Of a stretch of 64,000 nucleotides of DNA, positions 24,351 through 44,401 are shown piece by piece (position 1 is the stretch's first letter; every line of letters starts with the position of its first letter). Made by a program: the position numbers and the translations under genes. Under the pieces are notes generated by a model. It saw only the letters and a program-made list of their open reading frames with translations. It had not been told where the DNA came from and searched no databases. Source of the stretch: Azolla caroliniana (taxonomy: Eukaryota > Plantae > Polypodiophyta); contig JBHGNT010000053.1 in NCBI GenBank assembly GCA_043228905.1, positions 113,700 to 177,699 on the forward strand. Direction: 5' to 3'.

Positions 24351-25196
24351 CATAAGTGGGGTTTCTTTCAAATTTATGCAATAGTTTGAGCTTATACCGT
24401 TTACACACCTACTTTGTCTTATAAATGGCTACAGAAAAGTAATGAATCTTAAAAAATCCTCTAGGTTTCTTACGAAGCCAAATCAGCATCCTTGGCTAGG
24501 CCTAAAGAGTTTTTCCATCTGGCTGTAACTCCTTTATTTCACATCCATGTCATTCATTGCTCTTTTTAGTAATTTCCCAACTAAGTTAAACTAAATCAAA
24601 CATACCATACCATACCAAATTAAACCAAATCAAACATACTATAGCATACCAAACCAAATTAAACTAAATCAAACATACCATACCATAGCAAATTAAACCA
24701 AATCAAACATACTATAGCATACCATACCAAATTAAACTAAATCAAACATACCATACCATACCATAGCAAATTAAACCAAATCAAACATACTATAGCATAC
24801 CATACAACTAAATCAAACATACCATACCATAGCAAATTAAACCAAATCAAACATACTATAGCATACCATACAACTAAATCAAACATACCATACCATACCA
24901 ACTTAAACCAAATCAAACATACTATAGCATACCAAACCAAATTAAACTAAATCAAACATACCATACCATAAGCGGGGTTTCTTTCAAATTTATGCAATAG
25001 TTTGAGCTTATACCGTTTACACACCTACTTTGTCTTATAAATGGCTACAGAAAAGTAATGAATCTTAAAAAATCCTCTAGGTTTCTTACGAAGCCAAATC
25101 AGCATCCTTGGCTAGGCCTAAAGAGTTTTTCCATCTGGCTGTAACTCCTTTATTTCACATCCATGTCATTCATTGCTCTTTTTAGTAATTTCCCGA

Positions 25197-25203
<7 letters not shown>
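24351..25203 (+). repeat. Third pentamer-satellite array (24588-24966) flanked by a 237-bp direct duplication (also 53935-54787)
   Basis: 24351-24587 matches 24967-25203 except at two CpG-type transitions. Confidence 0.95.
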
Positions 25204-29828
<4,625 letters not shown>

Positions 29829-32800
29829 TTTGAAGAAGAAGAAGAAGAAGAAGAAGAAGAAGAAGAAGACAGTGTGTGTGTCTGTGTCTCTGTCTATGTT
29901 TGCTGTTGAGTGAAGAAGAAGAAGAAGTAGATGGTTTTGTGAAAGTTTTTGAGTGTTTGGAAATGGATATTTGAAATTTTAAAATGTTCTCTCTAGCAAG
30001 TATTGGATCATTGATCTACTTTGGACGCAACTTGCCAAGCAAAGCAACAACGTGGACGACAACCTCAGTTATGTGCAAGAGAGAGATTACATTTTCAAAT
30101 GGATCTCCTGCCCCACGACCATTTATCTTGATACTTCAATATCAATGGATGTTGGAAATGTGTGATCAATTTTCGTAAAACAACTTTTGGGCAATCGTCT
30201 CCACATTTTAAAGAGATCAAATTGAGTTGCCATTATGTGTTGTCCTTGCCCCAAACCTCATTATGAGGGGTCAAATCATGAACAAAGTGCATTAGGAACT
30301 TGCTTGAATTTCATATTCACAAGGATGTCTAAGGTGGGGCCAAATGGCATAGTCATTGATAAGTGTTGGGCATCGTATAATGTTATATTTAATGTGGTTG
30401 CAAGAGACCGTCAATGTTTGATTGTTGCAAATGGGCATGGCTCGCAAACACATTATCGCCATTTGTTGTGTCAGTTCCACGCAAAAAAAAATCATGGGGT
30501 CCCACTTGTTGCCCAAAATAAGTGTTGGCGAGAGAAACCGCCTTTTATCAATGGATGTGTCTGATGCTAGTGCGGGTTTCACTATCAAGTACACTACCTT
30601 GAGACAAATAATGAACTGATCTAATGCTGATCTTGTGCATGTCTTAATCAAGGATAGTGAAACCCGCACTAGCATCAGAGGGATCGTCATAATATAGTAC
30701 ATGCAATGACAAAAAATATTCAAAATGTTTTTGGTCTTTAACTTTGGAGATTTTGGTCTCCAAAATCAAACCTTAGAAACTTTTTGTGGTTGGCAATGTG
30801 TGGAATTTGAAGTTTTAAGTATTTTCAAAACACGTTTTTAGTTTTTTTGTGGTTGAAATTTATATTAATTGTTATTTTGGTAGTGGAAATTTTAATGTTT
30901 TGATGACAAAGGTTGTCAGAATCGGGCTATGGGAAACTCCCGTACTCTTTTAGATAAAGATCTAATAGTGCAAATTGCACTTGGCCTCTGAAATGCGCCC
31001 TACACCGTTGTGACCGTGATTCCCTCACCAAGCCTTATTATCAGTTGGATGCAAATAAACACCAGCCTTCTACATACAAACATACATATACTTTATGAGC
31101 CCGCCGAATCCCACGAAAACTAGAGATTGTGAGTTACATACATATGTAGAAACCTCTAATTGTGTCATGTGGCCAAAAGACCCTTTTGCTCATCCAACAA
31201 GTGAACGGTGTTCCCATTAGTCGGTCCTATGAAAGAGTTGCGAGTAATTTCACAAGTTTTCTCACTCTTTCTCTATATGTGTGCATGTGCATGCATGTGT
31301 GGATGCATGTCTGTCTCAGGGTATGTTAGGGTTTTTATGTAGTTTTTATGCCAAGGGTTTTGTTTATGATGAAACTAGGTGTCGCGTCGTGACATATCTG
31401 GATGATCGTGATGGCCACATACACAGAAGCATTAATTAGATGTTTTTGATCCTTGCCCCGATGACACAATGACTCACCTTTGTTTGTTTACACAGTACAT
31501 TGTCATATAACAATTATCCCCATATTTGCAATCCTATTCTAAAAGCGTGAACATCATGGTTGGTTTTGACACATTGAATCCTTTCTTCTTCTTCTTTTTA
31601 ATAACAAGCTCCTCCCCCTTCTTCGCAATGTGTTGTTTAATTAGCAAACGATTAGCACACATGTGGTTAGGCCGCCATAAAACTCTGCATGGTTTACAAT
31701 TGTTTTTATTACGATCTTCGAAGGATTTATTTGAATGTATTCCTTTGTCTTTACACATATAGATTGTTCACCTTTCATGTTGGCAATGCGCAAACAAAAG
31801 AGAGGTATTTGGCTTGACTCAGAGTCACATGGAAGTTCGAGAAACATGTCTTTCACATAGCGAATTCTTGTGGTATTGAATTGAAGGTATTGCCAACCCA
31901 ATCCAACCAGCCCGTATCCTACCGAATTGAACCATATCATAGTGAATTAAGCCTAATTAAACCAAACCATACTAAATTAAACCAAATCAATCCAATTCAA
32001 CCAACCCAATACGAATTCTTGTGGTATTGAATTGAAGGTGTTGCCAACCCAATCCAACCAACCCAATATCCTACCAAATTGAACCATATCATAGTGAATT
32101 AAGCATAATTAAACCATATCATACCAAATCAAACATACTATACCATACCATACCAAATTAAACCAAATCAAACATACTATAGCATACCAAACCAAATTAA
32201 ACTAAATCAAACATACCATACCATACCAAATTAAACCAAATCAAACATACTATAGCATACCAAACCAAATTAAACTAAATCAAACATACCATACCATACC
32301 AAATTAAACCAAATCAAACATACTATAGCATACCAAACCAAATTAATCTAAATCAAACATACCATACCATACCAAACCAAATTAAACTAAATCAAACATA
32401 CCATACCATACCAAATTAAACCAAATCAAACATACTATAGCATACCAAACCAAATTAAACTAAATCAAACATACCATACCATACCAAATTAAACTAAATC
32501 AAACATACCATACCATACCAAATTAAACTAAATCAAATATACCATACCATAGCAAATTAAACCAAATCAAACATACTATAGCATACCATACCAAATTAAA
32601 CTAAATCAAACATACCATACCATACCATAGCAAATTAAACCAAATCAAACATACTATAGCATACCATACAACTAAATCAAACATACCATAGCATACCATA
32701 CAACTAAATCAAACATACCATACCATACCAACTTAAACCAAATCAAACATACTATAGCATACCAAACCAAATTAAACTAAATCAAACATACCATACCATA

Positions 32801-34981
32801 CCAAATTAAACCAAATCAAACATACTATAGCATACCAAACCAAATTAAATTAAATCAAACATACCATACCATACCAAATTAAACTAAATCAAACATACCA
32901 TACCATACCAAATTAAACCAAATCAAACATACCATACCATACCAAATTATGACGATCCCTCTGATGCTAGTGCGGGTAAGATAAGGATTTTAGTATTTCT
33001 CTTAAGGCTATTGAGGGCTAAGAGAAGGTGGTATGGGGGTTTAACATACTTAATTTTAGTGTTTAGTAGTTGTTCTTGTAGGATACTATTGTATTTTTCA
33101 ATAAGGGTTTCTAAGGGAAGGTATTTAGATGGAGGGTTCCAGCTGGGGTTAGGTAATTTGAAGGGATTCGGTGGGGTAGTATCATTATTTTTAAAGAAGT
33201 GTCTAAGGCGTAGTGATCTACTAAGGTTGGTATATTCTTTAAGGATATTTTGAGGGGAGGGTGGGGGGGGGGGGGAAGGGGGGGGTGTATTTTAGTCCTA
33301 AGTTTAATAATTGTGTTTCGTTTTTACTAAGTGTGTAAGCGGACAAGTTATGTAGACTAAGACTAGTACGAGGGGTATAAGCTAAAGGTTTCCAAAATTT
33401 AGTCCTAGGTCTATTCCTGCGGGTTTTCTTAGAGGTAGGGTAAAACATGAATTTTTTATTATTAGTATTCCCCAACCACATAAAAGTGTCAGGGGTTGAG
33501 GTTTGTCTATTGAGAAGGTAGAAGATTCGTTTTCTAGGATGTATGGCGTGTCTAAAGTGTCTATTCACACGTTTAGCACACCGTGTTAGACGTATTTTGG
33601 TCGGGCTATGGGAGGGTTTGAGGAGGGGGTATGTGAATGATTTTGAGTATTATGGTGTCTATTATGAGGCCTATGATTTATGTGGGGATATGATGTAGTA
33701 ATATTTTTTGGAGGGGGAGGGGTAGTGTTAACATTATTAAAAGGATAGGGCGTGGTATTAATTTTTGGAGGGGGGAGGGTATTATGTATTAAGAAAGAAG
33801 GGGGAGGGTTAATAGAGGAATTAGAGAAATATGGGGGAGGGATAATAGAGGAAGTAGGGGGAAGGGTATGAGTAAAATGCGGGGGAGGAGTATACGAAAA
33901 ATTAGTGTAAATAGGTGGAGGGGAATATGTGTAATTTGAAGAAACGAAAGAGATGGAGATCCCATTAGATAATCGACTGTGCTTGCACCCCCTTTTGGGT
34001 TCCAACATGTCAAAGCATCTTATCCAGGCCATTGTGACAAGCCATTATATATCACAAGTCCATGCGCGCTTCCCAAGGCTAGAAAGTGTTTTCCATATTC
34101 AATTATAGCACTCATATCTTGAACTTTTCTCTTTAGACCAACCTCTTCTGCCATAGCTTCTCCATAGCCAGCCTCGTCGGTGTTAAATATAGTTGTTTGT
34201 TCATCCTTGGTTCGTGCATTAAAATCTCCTAATAGTATTATATCCCCCATAGTAGCAAATCTTATGATATCATCATATAGTGTTCGATATGGTGATTCAC
34301 CTAGAGGTGCAAACCTTGAATAGGCAGGTGGAAAGTAGCAAATTGCAATATATAGCTCCCTAAGATCCCCTCTTTTTATGCATATCCACATGTAACGTGC
34401 ATCCACATCCTTATGTACAACATGCACTCTACCATGGAGCTCCTCTTTGTATAGCATAGCCACTCCTCCCGAACCTCTAGTGCTTCCTCATTTCTTCCTT
34501 TAGTGCTATTTCAATATCTTCTCTAATAAGGTTGATCTCTTGCGCAATCAAATGGCGTAAAAGATCATGTTTCCCATTTTCGACATCGAATGGAATGTCG
34601 GATGGGGCCCGCATTCTAGGTTCCTTATGCGCCCTTCTGACGCTATTCAGGTCCCGTCCTTTTCGTCTATGATATCTTCTTGTGGTCTTCAATAGATTTG
34701 GACCCTCGTCATGCGTGTTAAGATCCATCTTTTCAGTGTCTGTCCCTTCGGACTCTATGGTGTCAGATGTTGAGGGCAGAAAGAATAGAAATTACTACGG
34801 GGCAGAAAGAATACAGGAACAGAGTTGGCAGAAGATACAGGAAATCAAATTTGGAAGAGAACGCACAAGATCAGGCATTGCAGAAAACACAGAGGACAGA
34901 CATTTCAAAAAAGACAGACAGAGTCAGAACCCTAAACGCAAACCCAAAACCCTAAACGCAGAGCATAAACCCTACACTCGG

Positions 34982-35028
<47 letters not shown>

Positions 35029-35379
35029 GCCGAAGAGGATGTTGTCTCTGTTGTAACCGCCACCTGTGGCGAAGACAGTGAACAAGAGGTCGTTGCCTCT
35101 GTGTTCATCTATTGTATATTGTAATATAGTGATAGTTTGCAGTCTGTGGACTGCCGTGGTTTTTCCCGCGTTTGGGTTTTCCACGTAAACATCCTATGTG
35201 CTCTTCTCTTTACTGTGTCGTGCATACATTACCCATTTTTCTGTGTTTGATCCTAGACTCGGTTGTGGCCGAGCGTTGTTTTCGGGAGCGTGTAGTCCTT
35301 ACATTGTTCTAGGTAGAGACATCAATGTGGGTAGCATAGTTTTCTTCACAGGTATAAAAATATTTTGCTTCTCATACAG

Positions 35380-38300
35380 GTTAGTGTCAAGGTTACTCTA
35401 CTCAACTTTTTTGTTACACAAGAAGGACTTGAAGAGCAACTTCTAGGACAGGTTGTGACAAAAGAACGACCAGATCTTGCTGAAATGAAGAATCATCTAA
35501 CTATTTCCAATGCAAATATGAAACGGGAACTTAAAGAGATTGAGTCACAAATTCTTCATCTTTTGTCAAAAGCACAAGTTAGTGTCCTCTAAAAATCTGT
35601 GACAGGCTTTTCAGTTATTCAATTTTTTAATATTTAATAAGTAATCTATTGATAGCATGATAATGAAATTTCATATCTATGCATAATTATTTTCAGGGAA
35701 ACATTCTGGATGATGAAGTCCTTATCAATACTCTTGCTCAGTCAAAGGTAACATCAAATGTTATCAAAATAAAGGTTGCAGAAGCTGAGAAAACAGAAAT
35801 AGCCATTGATGAAACAAGAGAGGCATGTATTATTGCTCAATATTATGCTCTAAATGGAATCCCAAAATTGTTAGCGCTGATGAAATCTATCTGTTTTTGT
35901 CTTACAGGGTTACCGTAAAGTCGCAACAAGAGCATCACAATTGTTCTTTTGTATATCAGATTTGGTTTCTGTTGATCCCATGTATCAATATAGCCTAACT
36001 TGGTTCATATCATTGTTCAATCGAGCTATGGATGGTGCTACGCAAGCATCAATAATAGAGAAGAGAGTGCAAAATTTAAATGAGTATTTTACATATTTGC
36101 TTTATGTGAATGTGTGCCGGTCGCTCTTTGAAAAGCATAAGTTGATGTTCTCTCTAATGCTATGTATCAAGATTTTACAGGTTTGAGCATCTCCTATATT
36201 TCCACTACTGTCTATGTGTCTTTTCCCAGAACCTATTTTGCTTCATGTTGAAAATGGGAATTGTAAAGAAAGATATATTAATAACTATTTCCCAATCTTA
36301 CTGAGACACCATAGGATAAAATGCTTTCATGGGGGCAAACATGCAACACAGGCCATTTTTTCCATGTTAAGTAGCTTGAGAGTTCTAGATTTCAAGCTGT
36401 AGAATCAGGCACCCTTTTCATACTATACCTATGTAATCCGTTTTTACTTAGACCATTGCCGTCATTCCAGTGTTAATTTCCTAGCTGTAGGAAGATATTT
36501 TCCAAAGTTTTGAGTTTATTTCAAATCTTTTCCATTTTCCCAGTGTAATAACAGCTTTGTAGTCAATGTTTGGTGTTCTAATTAGATTGAGGATGTTGGT
36601 GGTACTAGCAACCACATGCTCTACTAGTGAAATAGTCAAAATGAGACAATAGTATTAGATAAAATTTCTGGATTGGACTCAAAAGGCCATTTTGGCATTG
36701 TAAAAAACTTTAATAAAAGCTTGCTTTCTTTCTTTCCATCCTCACTCCATAGATGTAACTGATTGCTGTAAAGAACCTAACTCTCGTAGAGTGCGTAGTG
36801 TGTGTGTGAGAGTGGGTGTGTGAGCAAGAGAAGGAATCAGAGAAAATAAGCATAAATAATCAAATACACAATAGGGGGATGACAGCTTATGCACTGAAGA
36901 GAAAACTATATTAATCAACTAAAGATCAACTAAACACAATGCGTCAAGAGGGTTTTATATACAAATCCTCAAGTGATTGTTGGGAATCTAATCAAGATAT
37001 CCACTCGAGTGTCTTATATTCGTGGACCACATTTACACGTGACAACTAACTAGACATCACAATCTAGTTCTTCGTGTAACTACATAGTTCACACAGATTA
37101 CAATAAAGTGTGTTTTTCTTCATAAGCACATGTTCAGACAAGTTGAGCTTGATTCTCAAAAATTGCTAATAATTACTGGATTCACTTCATTGTTTGCAAT
37201 AGATGCAGAAGGCAATGTGACCGCGCCATTGTTTTTTAGCTAATAAGATGCAGCTTCTTTTTTGATATAGGAAAAGGGATGTGTAGATCCTGTTGAGTGG
37301 CGGTTCTTGCTCGCAGGAGCCACATCATCTACAATGTCACAGCCTAACCCTGCTCCAGAATGGCTGACTGACAAGGTATTTAAGAAATATTGTGATCTTT
37401 CTCTTGAACATGTTTGTATGTTTGTTAAGCATCTTACCAGAAGTTTGGTTCTGCAGTCATGGATTGAGATATTACAGCTTAGCCAGTCAAAGAATCTCAA
37501 AGGTTTTGAGCAGCATTTTATTGAAAACATATCACATTATAAAAGGATTTTTGATAGCTCAGAAGCTCATCAAGAACCACTTCCAGAAGACTGGAATAAC
37601 AAATTAAACAAACTGCAAAAATTGCTCATACTTCGGTGTATCCGTGTTGATAAGGCACTTCTGGGAATACAGGTACTGACTAGCCTTGATTCATTTGTTA
37701 ATCTTGATTCATTGGTTTAGGTATCCATCAATGGAATGGTTAAGCTACCGAATCTTCTCTACATATATTTCATACTAATTTGAAAATAATAACCAAATGT
37801 TTTCTATAGGATTTTGTATCGGAAAACCTAGGTCAGCGCTTTATCGAGCCACCTGCATTTGACCTTGCTGGATGTTATAAAGATGGGTCTCCTTCATCAC
37901 CGCTCATTTTTGTGCTTTCTTCTGGAGCTGATCCCATGGCTGATCTCCTGAAGCTAGCAGAAGACCTTCGGTTTACTAAGAAATTTGAGAAGGTATTGAA
38001 TCCATAGAACTCCCTTTGTTTAAAATACATGTTATGGAGAAACTCAGTTTGGGCAAGCTGGTGGCAGATGATTACAAATATAGAAACCCAGTTCTCTCTT
38101 AAAATGCTTACATATCATTGCTTTTTCTGTGTTTTATTCCTAGGTTTCTCTTGGACAAGGTCAAGGACCCAAAGCAGAAAAGCTTCTTGAACTAGGGATG
38201 GATCGTGGCATGTGGGTATGCCTTCAGAATTGTCACTTGTCACAATCATGGATGCCTGCTCTTGAGCGTATTGTTGATAACATCGATCCAGAAAAGGTAG

Positions 38301-40210
38301 TACTATAGAATTCAGATTTTTCTTTGAACCAGATTTGAGAATTTCTTTGTTCTTACTTTTAATATTTCATGTTTATACACTCAGGTGCATAAAGACTTTC
38401 GGCTCTGGTTAACCAGCATGCCTAGTCCTGATTTCCCTGTTTCAATTCTTCAAAATGGTGTAAAAATGACTTTGGAACCTCCAAAGGGTTTGAAGTCAAA
38501 CCTAGCGCGGTCATACATGAGATATACTGACAAGGTCCTGAATGACTGTGCCAAACCAGATGTATGGAAGAAGTTTTTGTTTGCGACATGTTTATTCCAT
38601 GCTGTTATTCAAGAAAGAAGGAAATTTGGTGCTTTAGGATGGAATATAAGGTATGAATTCACAGATGGAGATCTAGCTGTTTGCCAGACTCAAATTCGGA
38701 TGTTTCTAAACGAATACAACGAAATTCCGTATAAGGTAGTTTCCTACACTATTTATCCTGATTCGCCATAGCAAGAGAAATTTTTGTTTTGTCATTGATT
38801 GGATGTGTCGATATTCAGGTTATCCGGTTTCTTTGTGGAGAAATCAACTATGGTGGTCGTGTCACGGATGATAAGGATAGGCGACTTATGAATAATCTGC
38901 TTCTCAAGTTTATTATTCCAGAGGTTTTCTACTGTCTCTTATCACACAAGCAAAGAAATGTCTTTATATAATTAGTCTTACAGACAAAGAAGCAATCTTG
39001 ACATTCAATTTACTTAACTCTGATGCAGATTATAGTTGAAACAAAACACAGCTTCAGTGAGTCTGGAGTATATATTATCCCTGATGCAACAAATGTCAAT
39101 GGATTTGCCGCATACATTAAAGAGCTTCCACTGGCGCCAAAGCCAGAGATATTTGGTCTTCATGAGAATGCTGACATCACATGTGATCAAAATGAATCAT
39201 ATGATGTTTTTAACACATTATTATCATTTCAACCAAGAGAAAGAGCGACTGGAACAGGTGGCATGTCACGAGAGGAGACCATTGAGAAGTCATGCCAGGA
39301 TATTCTTGCTAAGCTACCCCCTATATATGATGTTGAAGATGTTCTACGCAAATATCCAACAATGTATACAGAGAGTATGAACACAGTTCTGACACAAGAA
39401 TGCATCAGATACAATGGCTTGCTCAATGTCATGCGGGTCTCCTTGAGAGAAGTACTAAAAGCACTGAAGGGGTTAGTGATGATGTCTCCTGACTTGGAAA
39501 TGCTTTGCACTAGCATCTTCAACAATCAGGTTATCACCACTCTCAATATGTATGTTTAGTTTATTCACAATAGTCGTTTGCCGCATGGAAATGACCTTAA
39601 TTATATTAAAATTTTCAGGTTCCAGACCTTTGGGCAAGCAAAGCCTATCCATCATTAAAGCCACTTGCTTCATGGGTGATAGATCTCCTTCAGAGAACAG
39701 AATTCATACAAGAATGGATAGATAAGGGGGCCCCTGCTGTATACTGGATATCTGGGTTCTTTTTCCCTCAGGTAGGACTTCAGTATTACGTTCAGTATTA
39801 TGTTCAAAAAACAATAAATGAAATGTTTCGTGACCTACACAAGTGTACTCAACAATGTCAATTTGACGCCTAAGAGTAAATGGGAACCTTGTTTTCAGGC
39901 CTTCTTGACAGGAACCCTTCAGAATTTTGCAAGAAAGTATAGATATCCCATCGATACTGTTGGCTTTGATTTCATCGTTGAAGATAGTCAAACAGCTAAA
40001 ACAATCCAAAAACCACCTGAAGATGGATGTTATATCCGAGGTTTATTTCTTGAAGGATGTCGTTGGGATTATCAAGAACATATGTTGACAGAGTCTAGAC
40101 CAAAGGAATTATATAGTGAGCTCCCGATTATGTGGCTAAAGCCTGTGCAGTTCAGAAAACCTCCAGAGAGCGGTATCTATGAATGTCCTGTTTACAAGAC
40201 ATTATTACGT

Positions 40211-40267
<57 letters not shown>

Positions 40268-40497
40268 GAAGCTAATATATCTTTCTCTCTCTCAAAATAT
40301 AGCTAACAAGTAAAATTATTCTTGTAACTTCTCTTTTTGTATTTGTGTGAATGTTAAAAATGTTACCATGTGCAGGAACTTTGTCAACAACTGGTCATTC
40401 AACAAACTTTGTGATGTATTTGGAATTGCCGACTGATAAGCCCCAATCACATTGGATAAATCGTGGAGTCGGCCTCTTTACATCGCTTGCATACTAA
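35380..40497 (+). pseudogene. Axonemal dynein heavy chain 3' fragment, copy 2
   Basis: ORF translations identical to 5799-10916. Confidence 0.93.
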
Positions 40498-43400
40498 TAC
40501 AATGAGGCAATCTCTACCATTTCCATTCTATGGAGGACGATTTCAAGAGGTTTTTAAATGGTTGTATTACAACTTTTCGTGCTTGACATTTCAAGAGCCA
40601 ACTTCTATTTTAAAGTCATCTTTTTTATAAATGGGATTCTTCAAAAAATAGAGCTTGGGGATTGGATTTCTCAACGTACTTGCAGCAAAATCAAAAGCAT
40701 TGGAATTCGCAAATGGTGTTTCAAGAGTATTTACAGAGTCTACAATAGACGACATGCAATGTTTGTTGAAGTTTGGAAAAGGGTAAGTTGAGAGATAAAT
40801 ATCGCTTTTCTCCGAGTTCGGATAAAGGATGTAATCATCAACAATCTATGCGTTATTAAGCTTTGTACATGTTGAGGTGCCTCTATAGATTTACATTCTC
40901 ATGCAAACTTTTCCCATATGGCATTCGTTATTGCGATGTATTTCGAGTAAAAACATTGTAACTTCTTGGTTGGGGAAACTAGTGAAGTATATTGCATATA
41001 GTGAGATTCCGCTACATATGCATGGGTTTCCAAACACGTGAAAAATACACTTTGTAATATTTTCAAATTTACAAAGGGTATTTTCAAATATTACAAAAAG
41101 TATTTTTCACATTGCCCTTCATACCATACCATACCAAATTAAACCAAATCAAACATACTATAGCATACCAAACCAAATTAAACTAAATCAAACATACCAT
41201 ACCATACCATACCAAATTAAACCAAATCAAACATACTATAGCATACCAAACCAAATTAAACTAAATCAAACATACCATACCATACCAAATTAAACCAAAT
41301 CAAACATACTATAGCATACCAAACCAAATTAAACTAAATCAAACATACCATACCATACCAAACCAAATTAAACTAAATCAAACATACCATACCATACCAA
41401 ATTAAACCAAATCAAACATACCTGTAGGCAACAAGAACTTAAATGTTGAACGTCTGTTAAATTAATGGGTAAACCAATAATGCTGATATTAACAAAACTT
41501 GTCTATTAAATGCAAAAAAGGGATCTATGAAAAGCTGACTACAGATGTAATCTGGCTACGGATTAAAATCGTTGAAAGCGCCCTCAACTAATGGTAAGCT
41601 ATGTAGGAGACATGTGGGGTGTACATGAGAGAGATCTAAAAACTCTTACATGGGAGAGCTCACTCTAATCCTTTGGAAATCTGGAGCCTAGTAAAATTAT
41701 TACTGTTTGCTGTTTTCCCCAATGGATCCAGAGAGAGTACTTTCAAAAAATTTAAGATTCCAGTCATCTTACATGCTGGACACATGAACACACACTGATT
41801 GTACTTGATGTTTAATAGAACTATGTGTGAGGGTTTATTGAGACTCAGGGTACACCCCCCATTATTGTGCCTATTCTCCAGACATGAGACCCTTCCTTTA
41901 CGATTAACTATTGCATTATCATCGGTTGCATAAAAACTTGGCATTATCATCTGTTTCTCAGGTTTCCTACATATACCATTTTCCCTTCATAGACCAAAAC
42001 ATTTAACTGTTGATCATTTCGTTAACTAAAACTTATTATGGTAAAAATTCAACTTCAAAGGAAAACGCTATATTGTTGTTTTGTGGACTTCAAGAAAGCC
42101 TTTGACACTATACCAGGGAGTGAGCTTGGGAAAAGAATGATAGAGATAAGAATGTCATTAGTGTATAGAGCAGTTGTAGCACAATTGTATGAGCAAGTTG
42201 CCAATTGAAAATGGATAGTAGTTTCTCAAACTACTTTTTGAGCAAAATAGGGGTCAAAGCAAGGGTGTCCACTCTCTCCCACACTCTTTGGTCTATGCAT
42301 CGATATCCCACTAGTAACCTATATGAGCAAGTTAAGTGCAAATTGAAAGTAGATAGTGGTTTGCCAAACTACGTTTTGAGCATCATGGGTATCAAGCAAG
42401 GGTATCCATTCTCTCTTACACTCTTTGGTCTATACATCGTTAAAATTGAAAAAATAGTAAAGTAAGGTTGCAAAAGAAAAAGAATCGGATGGCCTAAAAC
42501 TCATACATGAGCTCTCCTATATGCTAATGATGTTTTTGTAAAGAACTAGAAGACAGAATGACAGTTTTCTGAAATATCTAAAGGTAGAGATATAGAAACT
42601 AAAACAATTATGGGGTTTAACACATAGGAGGGATTAAAGAAGTAGAAGTATTTTTACAAAATAAAAGCCTACCATTGAAAAAACATACAAGATAGGAGTG
42701 CACACACACATATATATATATGCGCTATCCAAGATACATAGAATATGCTTTTAGAAAAGGTGCTTTAAATGCTGATGGGACAGCTAAGTCATGGCCTCAT
42801 AAATACCTATTCTATGCTGAGTGGGAATCTTGTCCAAGTATCTCATTCAAAGTATAGAATATTCTTTTAGAAGTTGTAGTACAGTTCTGAAAACGAGACT
42901 GTACAACTTTAACATAAAATAGAAAATATTAAATAATATAAAAACATTTTTCTAGTTTAGTTAGAGAAACCTAAAGGGCCCTTAATCCCAAGAGTTTTAT
43001 TCCAATATACTTTGGATGATATGCAATACGTACTTGATGTATTTGGATACATTTTGTCAAATCAATGGACTATTGTTAATGATGGCAATAAAGGTGATAC
43101 AACTCAGACATTACCCCACTTTACATGCAAGAGAGAAGTTAGAACCAAAACAAGTGGTGCAAAGCATCAAATATCTATGTATGCTATGACAAGTGTGCTG
43201 GAATGTATTAAAGTTCCATCGACAAATAGATAGAATGTATGCTATGAGTCTAGGCTTCAAGTGTGCTAGAATAGTTATTATATGTTTGAGAATCAATGCA
43301 ACCAAAGTGATACTCGAAGATGGGAAGTGAGATAATGTTATTCAATGCTATGTTGGTCCAAATGTTGTGTTATGGAGTGAGAGTGTGAGGTGGCACTATC

Positions 43401-44401
43401 TCACTTAGTGCATGGAATGAACTAGATAAAATCCATAAATTATAACTTGACAAGCTATTAGAAACAAGTGATCTATAGAGGTACAAGCCATGCAAAGAGT
43501 ATTCAAGTATATCACAAAAGCCAAGAATATGCCTGGCCATAAATTGCCAAAACAAGCTGGAACATAGGATGCAAGGTACACAAACCAAGAAGAGCAAAAT
43601 CTTCTTATCTAGTTGGATGCTTGACATGATGAAATGGTTTATGAGATGGGTAGTAAAAGATCTGTTGGTGCTCTCAAGTGATGCTATGAAGCATGTGATC
43701 AGCACGGATAGATTACTAGAGGCAGTAAGGATGAAGTGGCAAGATGCTAAAATGTCGAAATTGGAATATTGCAAATATTAACCCAATTTTGTCACCAATA
43801 CAGGGTAAAAATGCCAGAATGTATCCTATCACATCTCACTATCCCCATGAGCCCAGAGAACATTAACACTCTTCAAACTTGCTCACACAAGTTAAGTGTT
43901 GATGTAGCATCATGGCATCCATCACCCAAATATGTAGATATGCAAGGTATGCAATAAAACCTGAGGAGGCTGAATCAGTTACATACTTATCCCATGCTCA
44001 GTGTATAAGGTAATTCACGAGAAATATGATGACTTGTTAGACGGGTATGATAATGTAAGTCTCATACTCAAATGTCCATCAACAATGTTGAGCATAAATA
44101 TGCGTGCATTATTTTCACATCTAGAGTTTTTACTCCAACGTAATAACCCCCCTTCTTAGGAAGGAGTCACATACAACATGATATGTTGATTTGATCCCAT
44201 GGGCCATACGTCAAAATTCACTTCCTCATGGACAATAAAATATCTATTCTATTGCCTTAGTGGTACAACATGATTTTCCATCCATGTGTACCACATTGTA
44301 GTTCATACACATTACCTCATCTCACTCATTTCAGTTGAAGAAAATATGAAGGATTAAATAGAATAAGTATAACAAAAAAGCCAAAGCCAAGGTAGTTCTA
44401 C

